From: Octopus sinensis
Taxonomy: Eukaryota
Reading direction: 5' to 3'
Length of the DNA stretch: 64,000 bases
Assembly: GCF_006345805.1 (NCBI RefSeq)
Contig: NC_043004.1
Coordinates: 45,260,001-45,324,000, forward strand
Below the pieces are notes generated by a model. The model was given only the letters and a program-made list of their open reading frames with translations, was not told the origin of the DNA and did no database searches. The translations under genes were made by a program, and so were the position numbers. Of this stretch, positions 51,827 to 64,000 are shown in pieces (position 1 is the stretch's first letter; each line of letters opens with the position of its first letter).

Positions 51827-52479
51827 GTATGTTATGGCCTTTCAGCTATTAAAAATCCGATTATTTTCTTCATTATGTCGGTGGTGGAGACGTGGTGGAC
51901 GTTGAGTGTCTTATTACTCAGTAATTAGAGACAGATAAGGTCTGGGCTATTGGAAGAACAGAGATAAATAAATGAACCGGGGTTTACTTAATCATACGTG
52001 ATCTCAATGTAGTTTGATGTTAAATTTGCCCAGCTCACAGCATCAGGAGGATTGAAATTTATTCATTACCGCTTTGATTGGTTTGGAATTCCCTTTGGTA
52101 GAGAGAGAGAGGGGGGAGAGTGGGGTGGTGGTGGTGGTGGTGGTGGTGGTGGAGGAATTACTATTTTGCAAATGAATAAGTGTAAATAGCTATGTGATTG
52201 GAAGGAAGGAAAGGGAGTGTGAAAGGCAATACTGTAACCAGGTAAAGAATGATTATTGACCTCAAATAGCTTCTTTCTTGATCTATTTTCTTCAAATCTA
52301 CTTTGGAACATCAATAATTTTCTCAGATTTTTGTAGCACATTCCATAGAGTACAAGAAAAACAGAACCTGTGACCTATTTTTGTTTCTCTCTCTTGTCTA
52401 TCTACCTATTTATATTTGTGTGAGAGAGAGAGAGAGTGTGTGTGATGGTGATGGTGATGATGATGATTATTGTTATTAA

Positions 52480-52511
<32 letters not shown>

Positions 52512-52624
52512 TATTATAATCACGCACATATGGTTGTAAACCATGTGTCTGGTGTAAAATGTTTTGTCTTAGTATAAAAGATGAGCTACGCAAATATTCT
52601 ATCCTACCTCAGATTTGCTTGTCA

Positions 52625-53050
52625 ATTATTCCACCTTAACCAGTTGAGCATGTCCCTTGACAACTGACAATATGTGCATCTCTGATCACACGCAGAAGTG
52701 GTGGAGAGCATCATAGCCATGTGTTGAGAGGGATGCTTTGGAGTTACAATAATTTACCTCTGGAAACATAGGTGTTTTGTTCAACATTCTGAAACAACCC
52801 TTATTCAAGGACCTTTTGAGCAGGACGGGTTACTTGACTTGAAGAAAATTCTAACTGGGCCCACCTGTAAGGTCATGTGCTGTTTATCTTGATATAAGAT
52901 CACCTTGTTGTGCACATTTGGTTGTGATGCATGTGCCTAGTGTATCCTTATCAGACGGGTAGTCATGATGGATATACTGGGCTTCATATATTTTACCCCA
53001 GTGTTACTTTGATGGCATGCACTGCTCTCTCACTCAACAATAGTAATAAT
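52625..53050 (+). mobile_element. Unclassified SINE-like repeat, homolog of 40010-40600
   Basis: Reverse-complement alignment; (AAT)n tail. Confidence 0.8.
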
Positions 53051-53279
53051 CATTTTAATATTCACTTTTCCTTGTGCGGATCAGTACCTTAAGATTCATT
53101 TAGACAGATTTTTTTCAGATGCCCTTCCTATTGCCAACCCTCACCTGTTTCCATGCAAGATATTTCTCCTAGGCTTCCAAACATGACCAGCACAATAGAT
53201 GGATAGATGGACTCATTTTTACAGATGGCACAATTAATATGACTTTTACTAGATTAGCTTACAATATCCAAGCAAGGAA

Positions 53280-54030
53280 CAAATGCGCATAAGGGCATAT
53301 GCACACAACGCACAAATGCGCATAAGGGCATATGCACACACACACAAATGCGCATAAGGCATATGCACACAACACACAATGCGCTAAGGTATGCACACAA
53401 CACATGCGCATAAGGCATATGCACACAACACACAAATGCATAAGGCATATGCACACAACACATGCGCACATATGCACACAACACACAATGCGCATAAGGG
53501 CATATGCACACAACACACAAATGCGCATAAGGCATATGCACCACACAATGCGCATAAGGGCATATGCACACAACACACAAATGCCATAAGGGCATCACAC
53601 ACACAATGCGCATAGGGCATATGCCACAACACACATGCGCTAAGGGCATATGCACACAACACACAATGCGCATGGGCATATGCACAACACACAAATGCGC
53701 ATAGGGCATATGACACAACACCAAATGCGCATAAGGGCATATGACAACACAAAACACACAAATGCGCATAAGGCATATGCACACAACACACAAATGCGCA
53801 TAAGGGCATTAGCAACAACACACAAATGCGCATAAGGGCATTGCACAAACACACAAATGCGCATAAGGGCATATGCACACAACACACAAATGCGCATAAG
53901 GGCATATGCACACAACACACAAATGCGCATAAGGGCATATGCACACAACACACAAATGCGCATAAGGGCATATGCACACAACACACAAATGCGCATAAGG
54001 GCATATGCACACAACACACAAATGCACATG
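53280..54030. repeat. 33-bp minisatellite, about 23 copies
   Basis: Unit AAATGCGCATAAGGGCATATGCACACAACACAC. Perfect period at 53855, 53888, 53921, 53954, 53987; earlier copies carry 1-3-bp deletions. Confidence 0.95.
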
Positions 54031-56321
54031 CATGTGCACTCATGCACACACATGCATACACACACACATCACAGGCTTCTTTAAATTTCCATCCACCAAA
54101 TCTATTTATAACATTTCAATCAAAGACAGGGGCCTGTGTTCCACACAGTGGCTCTAAACCCCCAACCATTCGGTTGCAAAGAAACTTCTTAACCAACTCA
54201 GCTCTGCCTTTGCTTATTAGTATAATAGATTGATACTAAAAGAATATGTTGGTGATATAATATTCTATCATGAACACTATACCTTCAATACCATGTGAAT
54301 TGGGATTTTCTGTAGTCATCTATATTTCATATTTATAAAACTTCAGCTATATAAGTGAAGAGTATATATATATATATATGTATATAGGCATTGGGAAGGG
54401 CATCCAGTTGTAGAAACACTGCCAGATCAGACTGGAGCCTGGTGCTGCTCTCCTGCTTACCAGTACCAGTTAAACTGTCTAACCCATGCCAGCATAGAAA
54501 GTGGACATTAAATGATGATGAGGATGATAATGATATACATGCACACATCCATATAGTGTCCATCTTCCATCATGTTGGCATGATAGAAATGGTTCAACAT
54601 CATCCAGTGGAGTTGGAGGATTGTGTCCATGCCTTGATATCTGATGTGGCATGGTTTGTGTGACTGAATGTTCTTCTTAATGTAAACCACTTTACAGAAT
54701 GAAGTCACTGTATAACTGGCAAAACTAAGATCCCCTTCAACTGAATGGGATAATAGTAGAGAGGTAGGTGGTTTCATGCTTTGTGTTGAGCAGTTAAAGC
54801 ATTGAAAAACAGACAGAGCAGGCTTCTTGCTGTATGGGAGATACACATTTACCTTACATTATATGTCTGTGTAAATTTGTATGTATGTATATTGAAGTAT
54901 ACAATAGTGTTATAAACCTATTACAGCTGATCTTGATAATTGGTTTTGCACCAGATGTTAGGTAACTGGACAGTTATTTAATAAGTATGCTCGTCAGATA
55001 ACAATATGGAAAAAAACTGGCCTTATACTAATACAGTTCAATTATACTGGTGATGGTCTTTTGGAAAGGAATACTCCTCACCACATCCATTTCTCTGTCC
55101 TATCATAAATCTTGCTTTACATGTTTAGCATTACATGAAAAAAGAAATTAATCAAATTGAAAAGTGTAAAGCCCTGAAAATAAATACCTTTTCCACAGTC
55201 TACTTTTACTTTCATAGTTAAAGTAGGATTTAACTAAATGAGCTTATCTATTTATTTTATTGAACAACAAATGTGAGATTAATCTCCTTCATCACATGGA
55301 TCTGCTATCCATTCAACGGAACCTTTTTTTTTTTTTTTTAACTTTAGCTCAAGGACCATAGAACAAAAAAGTAAGAATATGAAAAAACAAATCTGGATTA
55401 TATGAAGTGTTTCGGTGTTGCTGGTGGGAAGGAATGGATATTATAGATCTGGTGCTGTTAATGTTTGATGATTGTTATAGAAGTGATTTATTGCTTGCGT
55501 TGTGTGTCATTTGTGATGGTGGTGGTGGTGGTGGTGGTTGGGTGTTCATGCTTGCACAAGATGTTGTATCCAGGTTGCAAAACTAACAATACAAATGTTG
55601 ACATTCTAGTCGCATTATTTCTCCTGCAGTACTTCTAAAACAATCCATAAAAGATGACAAATTTATTGTTTTAGTGTATATGTATATACATGTGAGTGTG
55701 TGTGTGTGTGTTGATAGATGTTTTACATATTGTATTTCCTTCCTTTTTTGTCATATTTTCCTTCTTTCAGGTTGTATTACTCCCCTGCTGTGTGAATTAA
55801 TAGACAGTGAGATTCTTATATGGTATTGCCATCACATATAATATCACTAGCTAAGAATCAAAACCAAACACTGTATAATAGATTGATGCTTTTGACATCA
55901 ATTGTACCTAACTGCAAGTTTTAAAAAAAAACAGGAAAGAAAAATGGCTTGTTGAATGTTATCAGCTATCAGTCTGTTCTATTTTGCAAGTCCTTCGCTA
56001 GCTTCAAATAGTGAGTTCAAATTTCACCAAAGCTGACTTAGTTTAATATGGGGTTCTTTATGCAGCTATAGTTATTTACTTTTTTGTTATCATATTTACG
56101 TCAAACTATACTAACTTTCAATTAATTTTGATAATATCAAAGAATTTATTTAACAACTGTTGCTATTTTAAAATGGCTTTCAGCATGTAAATTAACATGA
56201 AACTGGAAGGTCTTGATTTAGTTCTCTTTAAAATTGGTAATCTTCTATCATAGAACCATGAGCACTTTCTGGGAGGTTTGTTGCAAAAGTTAACAATCAT
56301 TACAGAGGATGTATACTAAAT

Positions 56322-56632
56322 GTGGAGGCACAATGGCCCAGTGGTTAGGGCAGCGGACTCGTGGTCGTAAGATCGCGGTTTCGATTCCCAGACCGGGCGT
56401 TGTGAGTGTTTATTGAGCGAAAACACCTAAAGCTCCACGAGGCTCCGGCAGGGGGGGGGGCGATCCCTGCTGTACTCTTTCGCCACAACTTTCTCTCACT
56501 CTTTCTTCTGTTGGCCTGCTCGCTTAGCCAGCGGGGTGGCATCATTTGAAGGCTAACACAATGCGAAGTGCATTGTGACCAGCAATGTGTATCAGCATCT
56601 GATAGCATGGTCGGTCATGGTGATCACGGTGA
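56322..56632 (+). mobile_element. tRNA-derived SINE with 10-bp TSD
   Basis: TSD TATACTAAAT at 56312-56321 and 56633-56642. Same subfamily as 9660-9970. Confidence 0.92.
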
Positions 56633-58989
56633 TATACTAAATAGTAATTTTTTTTTTTGTTATATTCATGGTTAGAGTTCAGCACCCAGTAATTTTCAGG
56701 TCCCAAATGATATATCACTTTGCTTTTTGAGAACTTTGTTCTTTAAATACGTTTAGTTGTCGGTTTGTTGTTGTCCTTACGTATATGGCCAAATGTACGA
56801 TGTTCACTTTGCAACTATGAGGTCATGGGTTCAGCAATGTGTGTTATTTGGGGAAAATGTCATTTCCTCTGACCTCAGATAGAATCATAACTTGTGAGCG
56901 AAACTGGAGACGACTTGTACTGCCTTAAAATTACAATACATTTACTGAACAATACATTTACATGTATGTGTGGCTGAGCGAGCAGCTGAATCCTCATCAT
57001 GGAAACCGACAGAGATCCATCCATATATATATGCGTGTGTGTTTGTGTGTATTTGTGTGTGTGTGTATTGGTGAAATCATAAGAATTTAGAAACTCCAAA
57101 GGAATGTGAAATTTTTTTTTTTTTCTTTTCTGAAATTGTGAAGTTTGGAGCAGATAAAGCTATAAATAGTAGCATGTAAATACTGGGTTAAAAAGATCTT
57201 TGGATTTGAAGAGTCAATGGCTGCTCTTCCGGTTTTTTTTTGGTTTTTTTTTGCTATCCTGAGGGATTTTTAACCCAACATCTATATGCTATTATAGCTT
57301 TATCTGCTTCGAGTTATACCATTCTAAAAAAGAATTATTTCATGCACACACACACACACATTGAAGCACATTCACACAAATGCATATGTCACATTTCTCA
57401 TTCTGTAGACTGGAAACCCATCTAGTTTAAGTTATTGAACATTGTGGTTAATGTCACTGAATAATTTTTTTCTTAAATTAAGTTATCATACTTCAGTTTG
57501 GCTCTTAACTTATTGCACTCTCATAATTAATTCTGATTGGAGAATTTCAAGATATTACTAAAAGAAAAGAAAATGGGTCTTCTAACTTATACCATGTGTA
57601 ACTGTGCCACTTGCCCATAAAGTATAGTAGAGAACTCCTCTTGAGATATCCAAGCCTGGTATCATAACTATACATTGCTGTTGGCCTTGTAATGTATGTA
57701 CAGTGAAATCTCAGACTTATTGCTGTTGGACAACAGCAATACTTTTACTGTTGACTCAACATTGTGGGAGCATCAAGCTTAACTGTAGACTTACAACTGT
57801 TCAACTGTCATACTCTGTTCTAGATTTGATGTTGTAAGCCTATCGTAATAGACTCAACAATTAATGTTAGACTTTCATACTCTGTTTTAGACTCAATGCT
57901 GTTAGACGGCTGTACTTTACTCTAAACCCAAAACTCTTAGATTTTTGTACTTCATTCTAGATGTAATGCTTTTAGACTGTTATGTTTTACTCTAAACAGT
58001 GATCTTACTAGAATCTGTGTAGCCTGGAGCAGCCTTTGCTGCCCCATTCCTTCATCCTTCCTTTAGCTCCTGACGCCCAACTTAATAATGTTAGACTGTT
58101 TAGACTGTTATATTTTGCAATAAATGCTGATAGCTTACACTTAAAATGGAATTTTTTGTTATTTGTCTAATGTAGTTAAAATCTGATGAATAAAGGATGA
58201 AAAAAGGATCTGATGAATAAAGGGCTATCTTTCCTAATCTTAATTCTCTGGTTGTATCTCTTTTCATGTATGGCAAATTGTCCTTCATTCATCAAAGCAA
58301 TTAATAAGTTTTGATTGGTTGTATTTGTAAACATGTTTTTTTTTGTTTTGTTTTTTTGTTATTGTTGGGGTAGTTTAGGAGGAGAAGGCTATGGGACTGC
58401 CAATTATTACCCCCTTGCTCTCCTAGCTTAAGAGATAATTGACTGGCATTAACAACATACATACTTGCATAACTACACACACATATATACATGTGTGTGT
58501 ATTTTGGTGACGTATTGCCAGTGTTTGTACTTGTTGGAAGGAAATAAGAGAGAGAGAAGAAGAAGGAAAATGTTTTGTATTAGTTCAACTGTCATCACCC
58601 TGTTGTTTAAGAATTTGTTGAGAAGAAATTGACACTAGTTATGTTTTGTAGACTTGCCATGCTTGTAAATTGTTTTGGATAGAACCACAGCTAGATGGTG
58701 AAACTAGGAATTTTTTGCTTTTTTTTTTGTCATTTTTCTTTTCTTTTTTCTTTTAATCTGCAACATCCTTCTAGAATGGCTTTCAATCAAAAAAGTTGAG
58801 AAGGTTGTGAACACAGATTTGAGAATGTCAAAGTGTTGTCGTGCTGAAGTTATTTAAGACATTTATTAGCTTCTACATATAATGACGATGATGATGATGA
58901 GGAGGAGGAGGATGATGGTTGTGGTAGTGACAGTGGTAGATACAGCAGCTATGATATATTGCAGACAAATGTAGTTGTACCTTTGCTTG

Positions 58990-59027
58990 TTACATTACAG
59001 TATGGGTATTACATTACAGTATGGGTA
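58990..59027. repeat. 19-bp perfect tandem duplication
   Basis: TTACATTACAGTATGGGTA, two copies. Confidence 0.9.
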
Positions 59028-59869
59028 TTTAGATTGTTGTTGTTGTTGGAGAATTGCATCGATGATAAGGGGTTAACAACCTTCAGTGTTTCTTACATGA
59101 GAGGCATGACAACAACAGCAAAACCTCTATAATGTTAACAATCACAGTGATTCAAGTGGTGAGAATGATGATTCAGGTGATAGTGATGATGATGCTGATG
59201 GTAATTCGAGTGATAATGATGGGAGAAACAGTAACATCATAATTATGGCTGTGATTAATATGACAGTGATTTGTAGTAATAATGATGATGATAATGATGG
59301 TGGTGGTGATGGTAATGATGATGGTAGTCATGGTGGTGGTGGTGGTAGACAATGCTGGTTGGTCTTATTAACACTGAGCTGCCATGGTGATGAAGACAAT
59401 ATTAGTTTTGGTGATGACAAGTGTGGTTGTACCTAATGATAGTGGTGATGGTGGTAGTGGCTGTTGTTGTGGTGGTGGTGTTAATGATGAGTGTGACAAC
59501 TTATTCTTCTTCATGTCAATACAAATATGTTAAAACACTCTGGAACACTAAATCAAACAAAATTGTCAGAAATCAAAATTTAAAATAACACAAAAAGTAC
59601 AAAAAAACAGAAGAAAGGAAAAGAAAATGACAGGAGTGATTATTTCTTGTCTGCAATTTAGTGTTGCTAGGTTAATTGTTGATTGTTGTGTGAATGTGTA
59701 ATAATACAACACTGAAGATGAGGATGTCAAAATTAGAAAGTAAGGGGCAGTTATCAGCGGCCTATGTAGAATAATAGGGTTTAGTAATGGCAGTTTGTTG
59801 TTGTTGTTGTTGTGCAGAATTAGTCTTTACAATTGGTAATTTTGGGGCTAAGTGCCATTCATGCCTCCA

Positions 59870-61140
59870 TAACTTTTCCCAGTCATGTATCATCCACTCC
59901 ACAAGTTAGACTCCACATACTAAATCTGCCTTCATACCATGAGCAAAGACCTAAAAAAACACATCCTCCAATGGAGATGTGCCAATTTTATGTCTTTCAA
60001 GGAACAAGAAAAATAATTTGTTGCCATTCATATCAAGAAAGCATCTTCACACCACATACCCCTTAATTGTGAACAGCACTAGAGCTACAGCTTTCGCAAT
60101 TGCCACAACTTGTTGAATCTCACTGTCACTGAATAAGGTGCATCCTTAATATCAAAAAAACTGCATCCCAGTGACTGGCTCTTCTTTTCAAGGACAGAAG
60201 ATACTTTAGATTCTAACAAACATTGACATAGTACAAAACTCAAGTGAAACCAACAGTGGAGTATTGCCCTCACATCTGGCACAGTGCTACTGCTTGCACA
60301 CACAAGCATCTTACACTTCGTCCAGAAGTGACTCACCTGGATGATTGGTGTAAAGTCCCTCACAGACACACTTCTGTGTCCAACCCACAGACATGCTGTC
60401 ATCCTTCTGTGTTTTCTACTGCTACTATAGTCTCTGCTCTCTCAGAGCTAGCTAGGGATCATTCCACCTCTACTCAGGTGTTCCCAATCCACTTATCTTT
60501 CTTACTCTTTTCTCTTTTACTCTTTTACTTGTTTCAGTCATTTGACTGCGGCCATGCTGGAGCACCGCCTTTAGTCGAGCAAATCAATCTCGGGACTTAT
60601 TCTGTGTAAGCCCAGTACTTATTCTATCGGTCTCTTTTGCCGAACCGCTAAGTGACGGGGACATAAACACACCAGCATCGGTTGTCAAGCAATGCTTGGG
60701 GTACAAACACTGACACACAAACATATACACACACACTTATATATATATACATATATGACAGGCTTCTTTTAGTTTCCATCTACCAAATCCACTCACAAGG
60801 AATTGGTCAGCCCGGGGCTATAGCAGAAGACACTTGCCCAAGATGCCACGCAGTGGGACTGAACCCGGAACCATGTGATTGGTTAGCAAGCTACTTACCA
60901 CACAGCCACTCCTATTATTCTACATAGGCCCCTTGTTGTGTCCAATCCTTCAGCTTCTACATTAAACACTACACTCATTCATTACTCGGATGTTAGCCCT
61001 CTGGAATTTCACTCCTGCTTATGTTTTTTCAGCAGGTGTTGACTTGCCAAGGCTCAACAGGATATTAATGACGTCAATGTCACTGGTCTAGAAAGGCTTG
61101 CAAAGACCATGAGCATTGCCCCATCCTTCTAACACCACAG
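59870..61140 (+). pseudogene. CR1/L2-like LINE RT C-terminal remnant, interrupted by a SINE at 60495-60913
   Basis: Reads KTASQ*LALLFK..YKTQVKPTVEYCPHIW.. and, after the SINE, PCCVQ..KHYTHSF..RMLALWN..PAYVF, matching the LYKAQVRPxMEYCSHIW and SFFPRTxxLWNxLP motifs. Confidence 0.8.
60495..60913 (-). mobile_element. Full-length young tRNA-head SINE with CORE-like segment, short internal (TA/CA)n and (AGTAAA)n-type tail
   Basis: A box TGGCTGTGTGG, B box GGTTCAGTCC, followed by CTTGGGCAAGTGTCTT. Confidence 0.9.
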
Positions 61141-62818
61141 AAAATGTTTTGTTTAGTCCTCGGCTAACCTTACTGAGTAGATCTATCATTAAGCCTCTGT
61201 TGATGTCCCTCCTTCTCTTAGGTATTTCATATCTTGCACTACATTATGCAATCTGTTTTTCTCTTCTCAAGATGGCACAGCATAATTTAAGGATGGTTTG
61301 GGTGCCAGTTCTAGCAAGTTGATTGACCTCATAAAAGGGCTTGTGTTGATATTGGTGTAATTATTGGTATTAATATGATGGTGATAGTGGTGGTGATGGC
61401 TACTGGGTTGTTTATCTTCAGGTCAAGCTTGATCAAACAGATCTATGGTTAAAGGCATTCCACCTATGAGTATTCTGTCTTTTTAGAGTATATATAATTA
61501 CATTATCTCACATATCCTTTTCTTATTGAAGACAGATTAATGTGATTTGATGGAAGCTCAACTGTTATTTTTTTCTAGCTCAAGAAACCCTGTAAATTCT
61601 TCTTTATTGCTTGTTGCTATTTAATCCCTGGGCAGCTCTAATCCATTACAGCTATAATCAAAAGTATTCCAGCTATGACCACTCATCTTAATAACGAACG
61701 ATTGTAGGATAATGCAGTTCTTTTGTATCTTTTTCACCTTTTTTAAATATAGCTGGACGCCCTGAATAAGTGATACAAACTGTTTTAAAAAAAGGATCTA
61801 AATCAAAAGGATCCTTCATCAAAATTCTATTTTAATTTGTTTCAAACATCAGTTTACCAACAAAAAAGTTATTTTGCTAAATTCTTCTTTATTTCAAAAT
61901 TAACTGAAACAAAAGCAGTGTATTTCAACTGATATTTGATAATGAAAGGGTTAAAGAAAATTTGTTTGCTGTTGCTAGCAGAGCAAGCAACTGTATAGAA
62001 GCTTCCTCATTGGCTGCTATTTCTTGTGTATTGCTGAACAATGCAGGGATTCCTTCATTATCTTGATAATTGTTGTTGTTGCTGCTGCTGTTGCTGTTGG
62101 TGATGATAGTGGGGGACCTTATTGATGTTGGTGTCTTGTTATTGTTCATAGCAGTGGTCACAGTGGTGATGGGTTGTATTTTATGTTGTTGTTGCTGGCG
62201 GTGGTGTTCATGGTTTTAATATAATCAGTTTAATTGGTTGAGCAAAGATAAACAATGCAGCCTATCCTTTATCCTTTGCTTTTATCCTCTCACAAATGCC
62301 GTGACAGGGTTGGTGGGGGTTGAGAAGTTAGTCAATGTATTGGTTAGTGGATGTTGTTGTTGTTGGTGTTGTTGACGTTATGGTAGTGGTGATAAAGATG
62401 GTGGTACTGTTGCTTGTATGTTGACAATTTAATTGGTTCTGCTGTGAGAATAACAGTATGGGTGAATGATGTTGTGGTGATGCTTATAGTGATAGCAAAC
62501 CATATTGTAATTGTTGTTGATGCAGTAGAAGTGGTAGTGGTGGTGGTGGTCTGGCAATAATGTTGCTGTTGTTCATGAAGGTAAAGGCAATAGATTAAAA
62601 GTCTTAAGAGATTACAACAAAATGCCTTGTGGTATTTATATCAATGTTTTCGTGAATTCATAATTCTTGGGTGGTAGATTTGATCTGTCCCTCTGATTAA
62701 ACCCTTTGTTACCATATTTCTGTTGGAATACACCACCTTTAGTTCACTTTGCAACCGGTTGGTTTTGGCTTCAGTCTCACAGCTGCAACAACTGGGATAT
62801 GTGTCTTCTAGTAATACC

Positions 62819-63058
62819 TATTTCTTTTACTACCCACATGGGACTAAACACAGAGAGGACAAACAAGGACAGACAAATGGATTAAGTTGATTACATCGAC
62901 CCCAGTGCGTAACTGGTACTTATTTAATCGACCCCGAAAGGATGGAAGGCAAAGTCGACCTCGGCGGAATTTGAACTCAGAACGTAGCGGCAGACAAAAT
63001 ACCGCAAAGCATTTCGCCCGGCGTGCTAACGTTTCTGCCAGCTCACCGCCTTATACGC
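62819..63058 (-). mobile_element. Young tRNA SINE with 14-bp TSD
   Basis: TSD CTTCTAGTAATACC at 62805-62818 and 63059-63072. CpG-rich, little decay. Confidence 0.93.
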
Positions 63059-64000
63059 CTTCTAGTAATACCCTGAGCCAATCAATGCTCTGTGAATCAA
63101 TTTGGTTGATGAAAACTGTGAGGAAGCCTATTATGTGTGTGTGTATATATGTCTGTCTGTATTTGTTCTGCACCACTACTTGACAACCAGTGTTAGTTTC
63201 TTTATGCACCAGTAACTTAGCAGTTTAGCTAAAGATATCAACTGAATGAATTCCAAACTTAAAAATTTAGTACTGGTGTTAATTTTTAACTAAACCCTTC
63301 AAGATGTTGCCACAGTGTACTCTCATTCCACTGACATAAACAAGTAAGTTAGATAAAGGTTAAGATCATCTTGAAATTTATACCATAGAACCAGGGACAG
63401 TCTCAGGTAGGTTGCTATAAAAAAAATAGTTAGTGTAACCACCTAGTGCTTGCATTGCTTTTAGCAGAGTTTACTTTGTTGCAAGTATTTGGGCCCCATC
63501 TTCAGTTTGATGATGCTATCTTCCCTTTCTCCAACCAGTCTCAGAAACCCTGAAAAAAAGTAAAAAGTTTCATGAGCACTAACCTTTCCTCTCTAAATGA
63601 AAAGCAACTTCATTTTTTTTGAGCTGACAGCACAGATAGCAGACAGGTTTGATAGAATATGTAATGGTTGTTGTATCTTTGGTTTTACTGGTGGTGCTGC
63701 TGCTGCTGGTAGTGCTAGTGGTTTTGGTGGTGGTTTGGAGATAATAGGGTCTGGGAAGCTGGTGGCACTCTAGTTTGGGTAGGTTTGATTCTTTACTTTC
63801 AAAACAGTAGGCATTGTCAGTATAGATAGATGTGTGTTTGGGCAAAAATTAATTAGTCTTTCCTTTTTGTATATGTATTCTGCTTGTTATTTTTAGAGGA
63901 TGATGTTACTTGTCATACTGTGGTCTCATGAATAAATATTGTTGTTACTAGTTGTAGTCAGGGCCAGATTAGGCTATTAAACAAAGTAATCACATGCTTA

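Noticed and set aside
53280-54030. CRISPR-like regular repeats
   Set aside because: There are no unique spacers and no cas genes; it is a eukaryotic tandem array.
53254-54233. Cys/His-rich ORFs up to 227 aa, metallothionein- or keratin-like in appearance
   Set aside because: They result from the 33-bp (11-codon) repeat being stop-free; frames shift repeatedly and there is no splice context.

Overview
Repeat-dominated, AT-rich eukaryotic DNA. The SINE, microsatellite and MITE repertoire points to a coleoid cephalopod, most likely Octopus; this is an inference from recalled repeat families, not a database result. No complete or identifiable protein-coding gene is visible, and almost all of the supplied ORF track is microsatellite or transposon noise. 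Well-supported features: (1) an internally deleted Tc1 transposon with both TIRs and TA target duplications (15901-17067); (2) decayed non-LTR retrotransposon fragments of RTE, CR1/L2-like and R4/Dong-like type, plus a Penelope-type GIY-YIG fragment; (3) hAT- and piggyBac-type MITEs with exact target-site duplications, nested inside SINEs; (4) a three-copy MITE carrying TTAGGG motifs; (5) at least four SINE families, one carrying an internal microsatellite that varies about tenfold in length; (6) a ~1 kb fold-back element and a near-perfect 59-bp-arm branched hairpin; (7) a 33-bp tandem array. Several isolated exon-like segments are reported at low confidence. The best is a phase-compatible minus-strand pair at 2197-2170 and 2018-1948. 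I found no convincing new biological system. The most interesting leads are the dsRNA-forming structures (possible ADAR substrates) and the orphan exon candidates.
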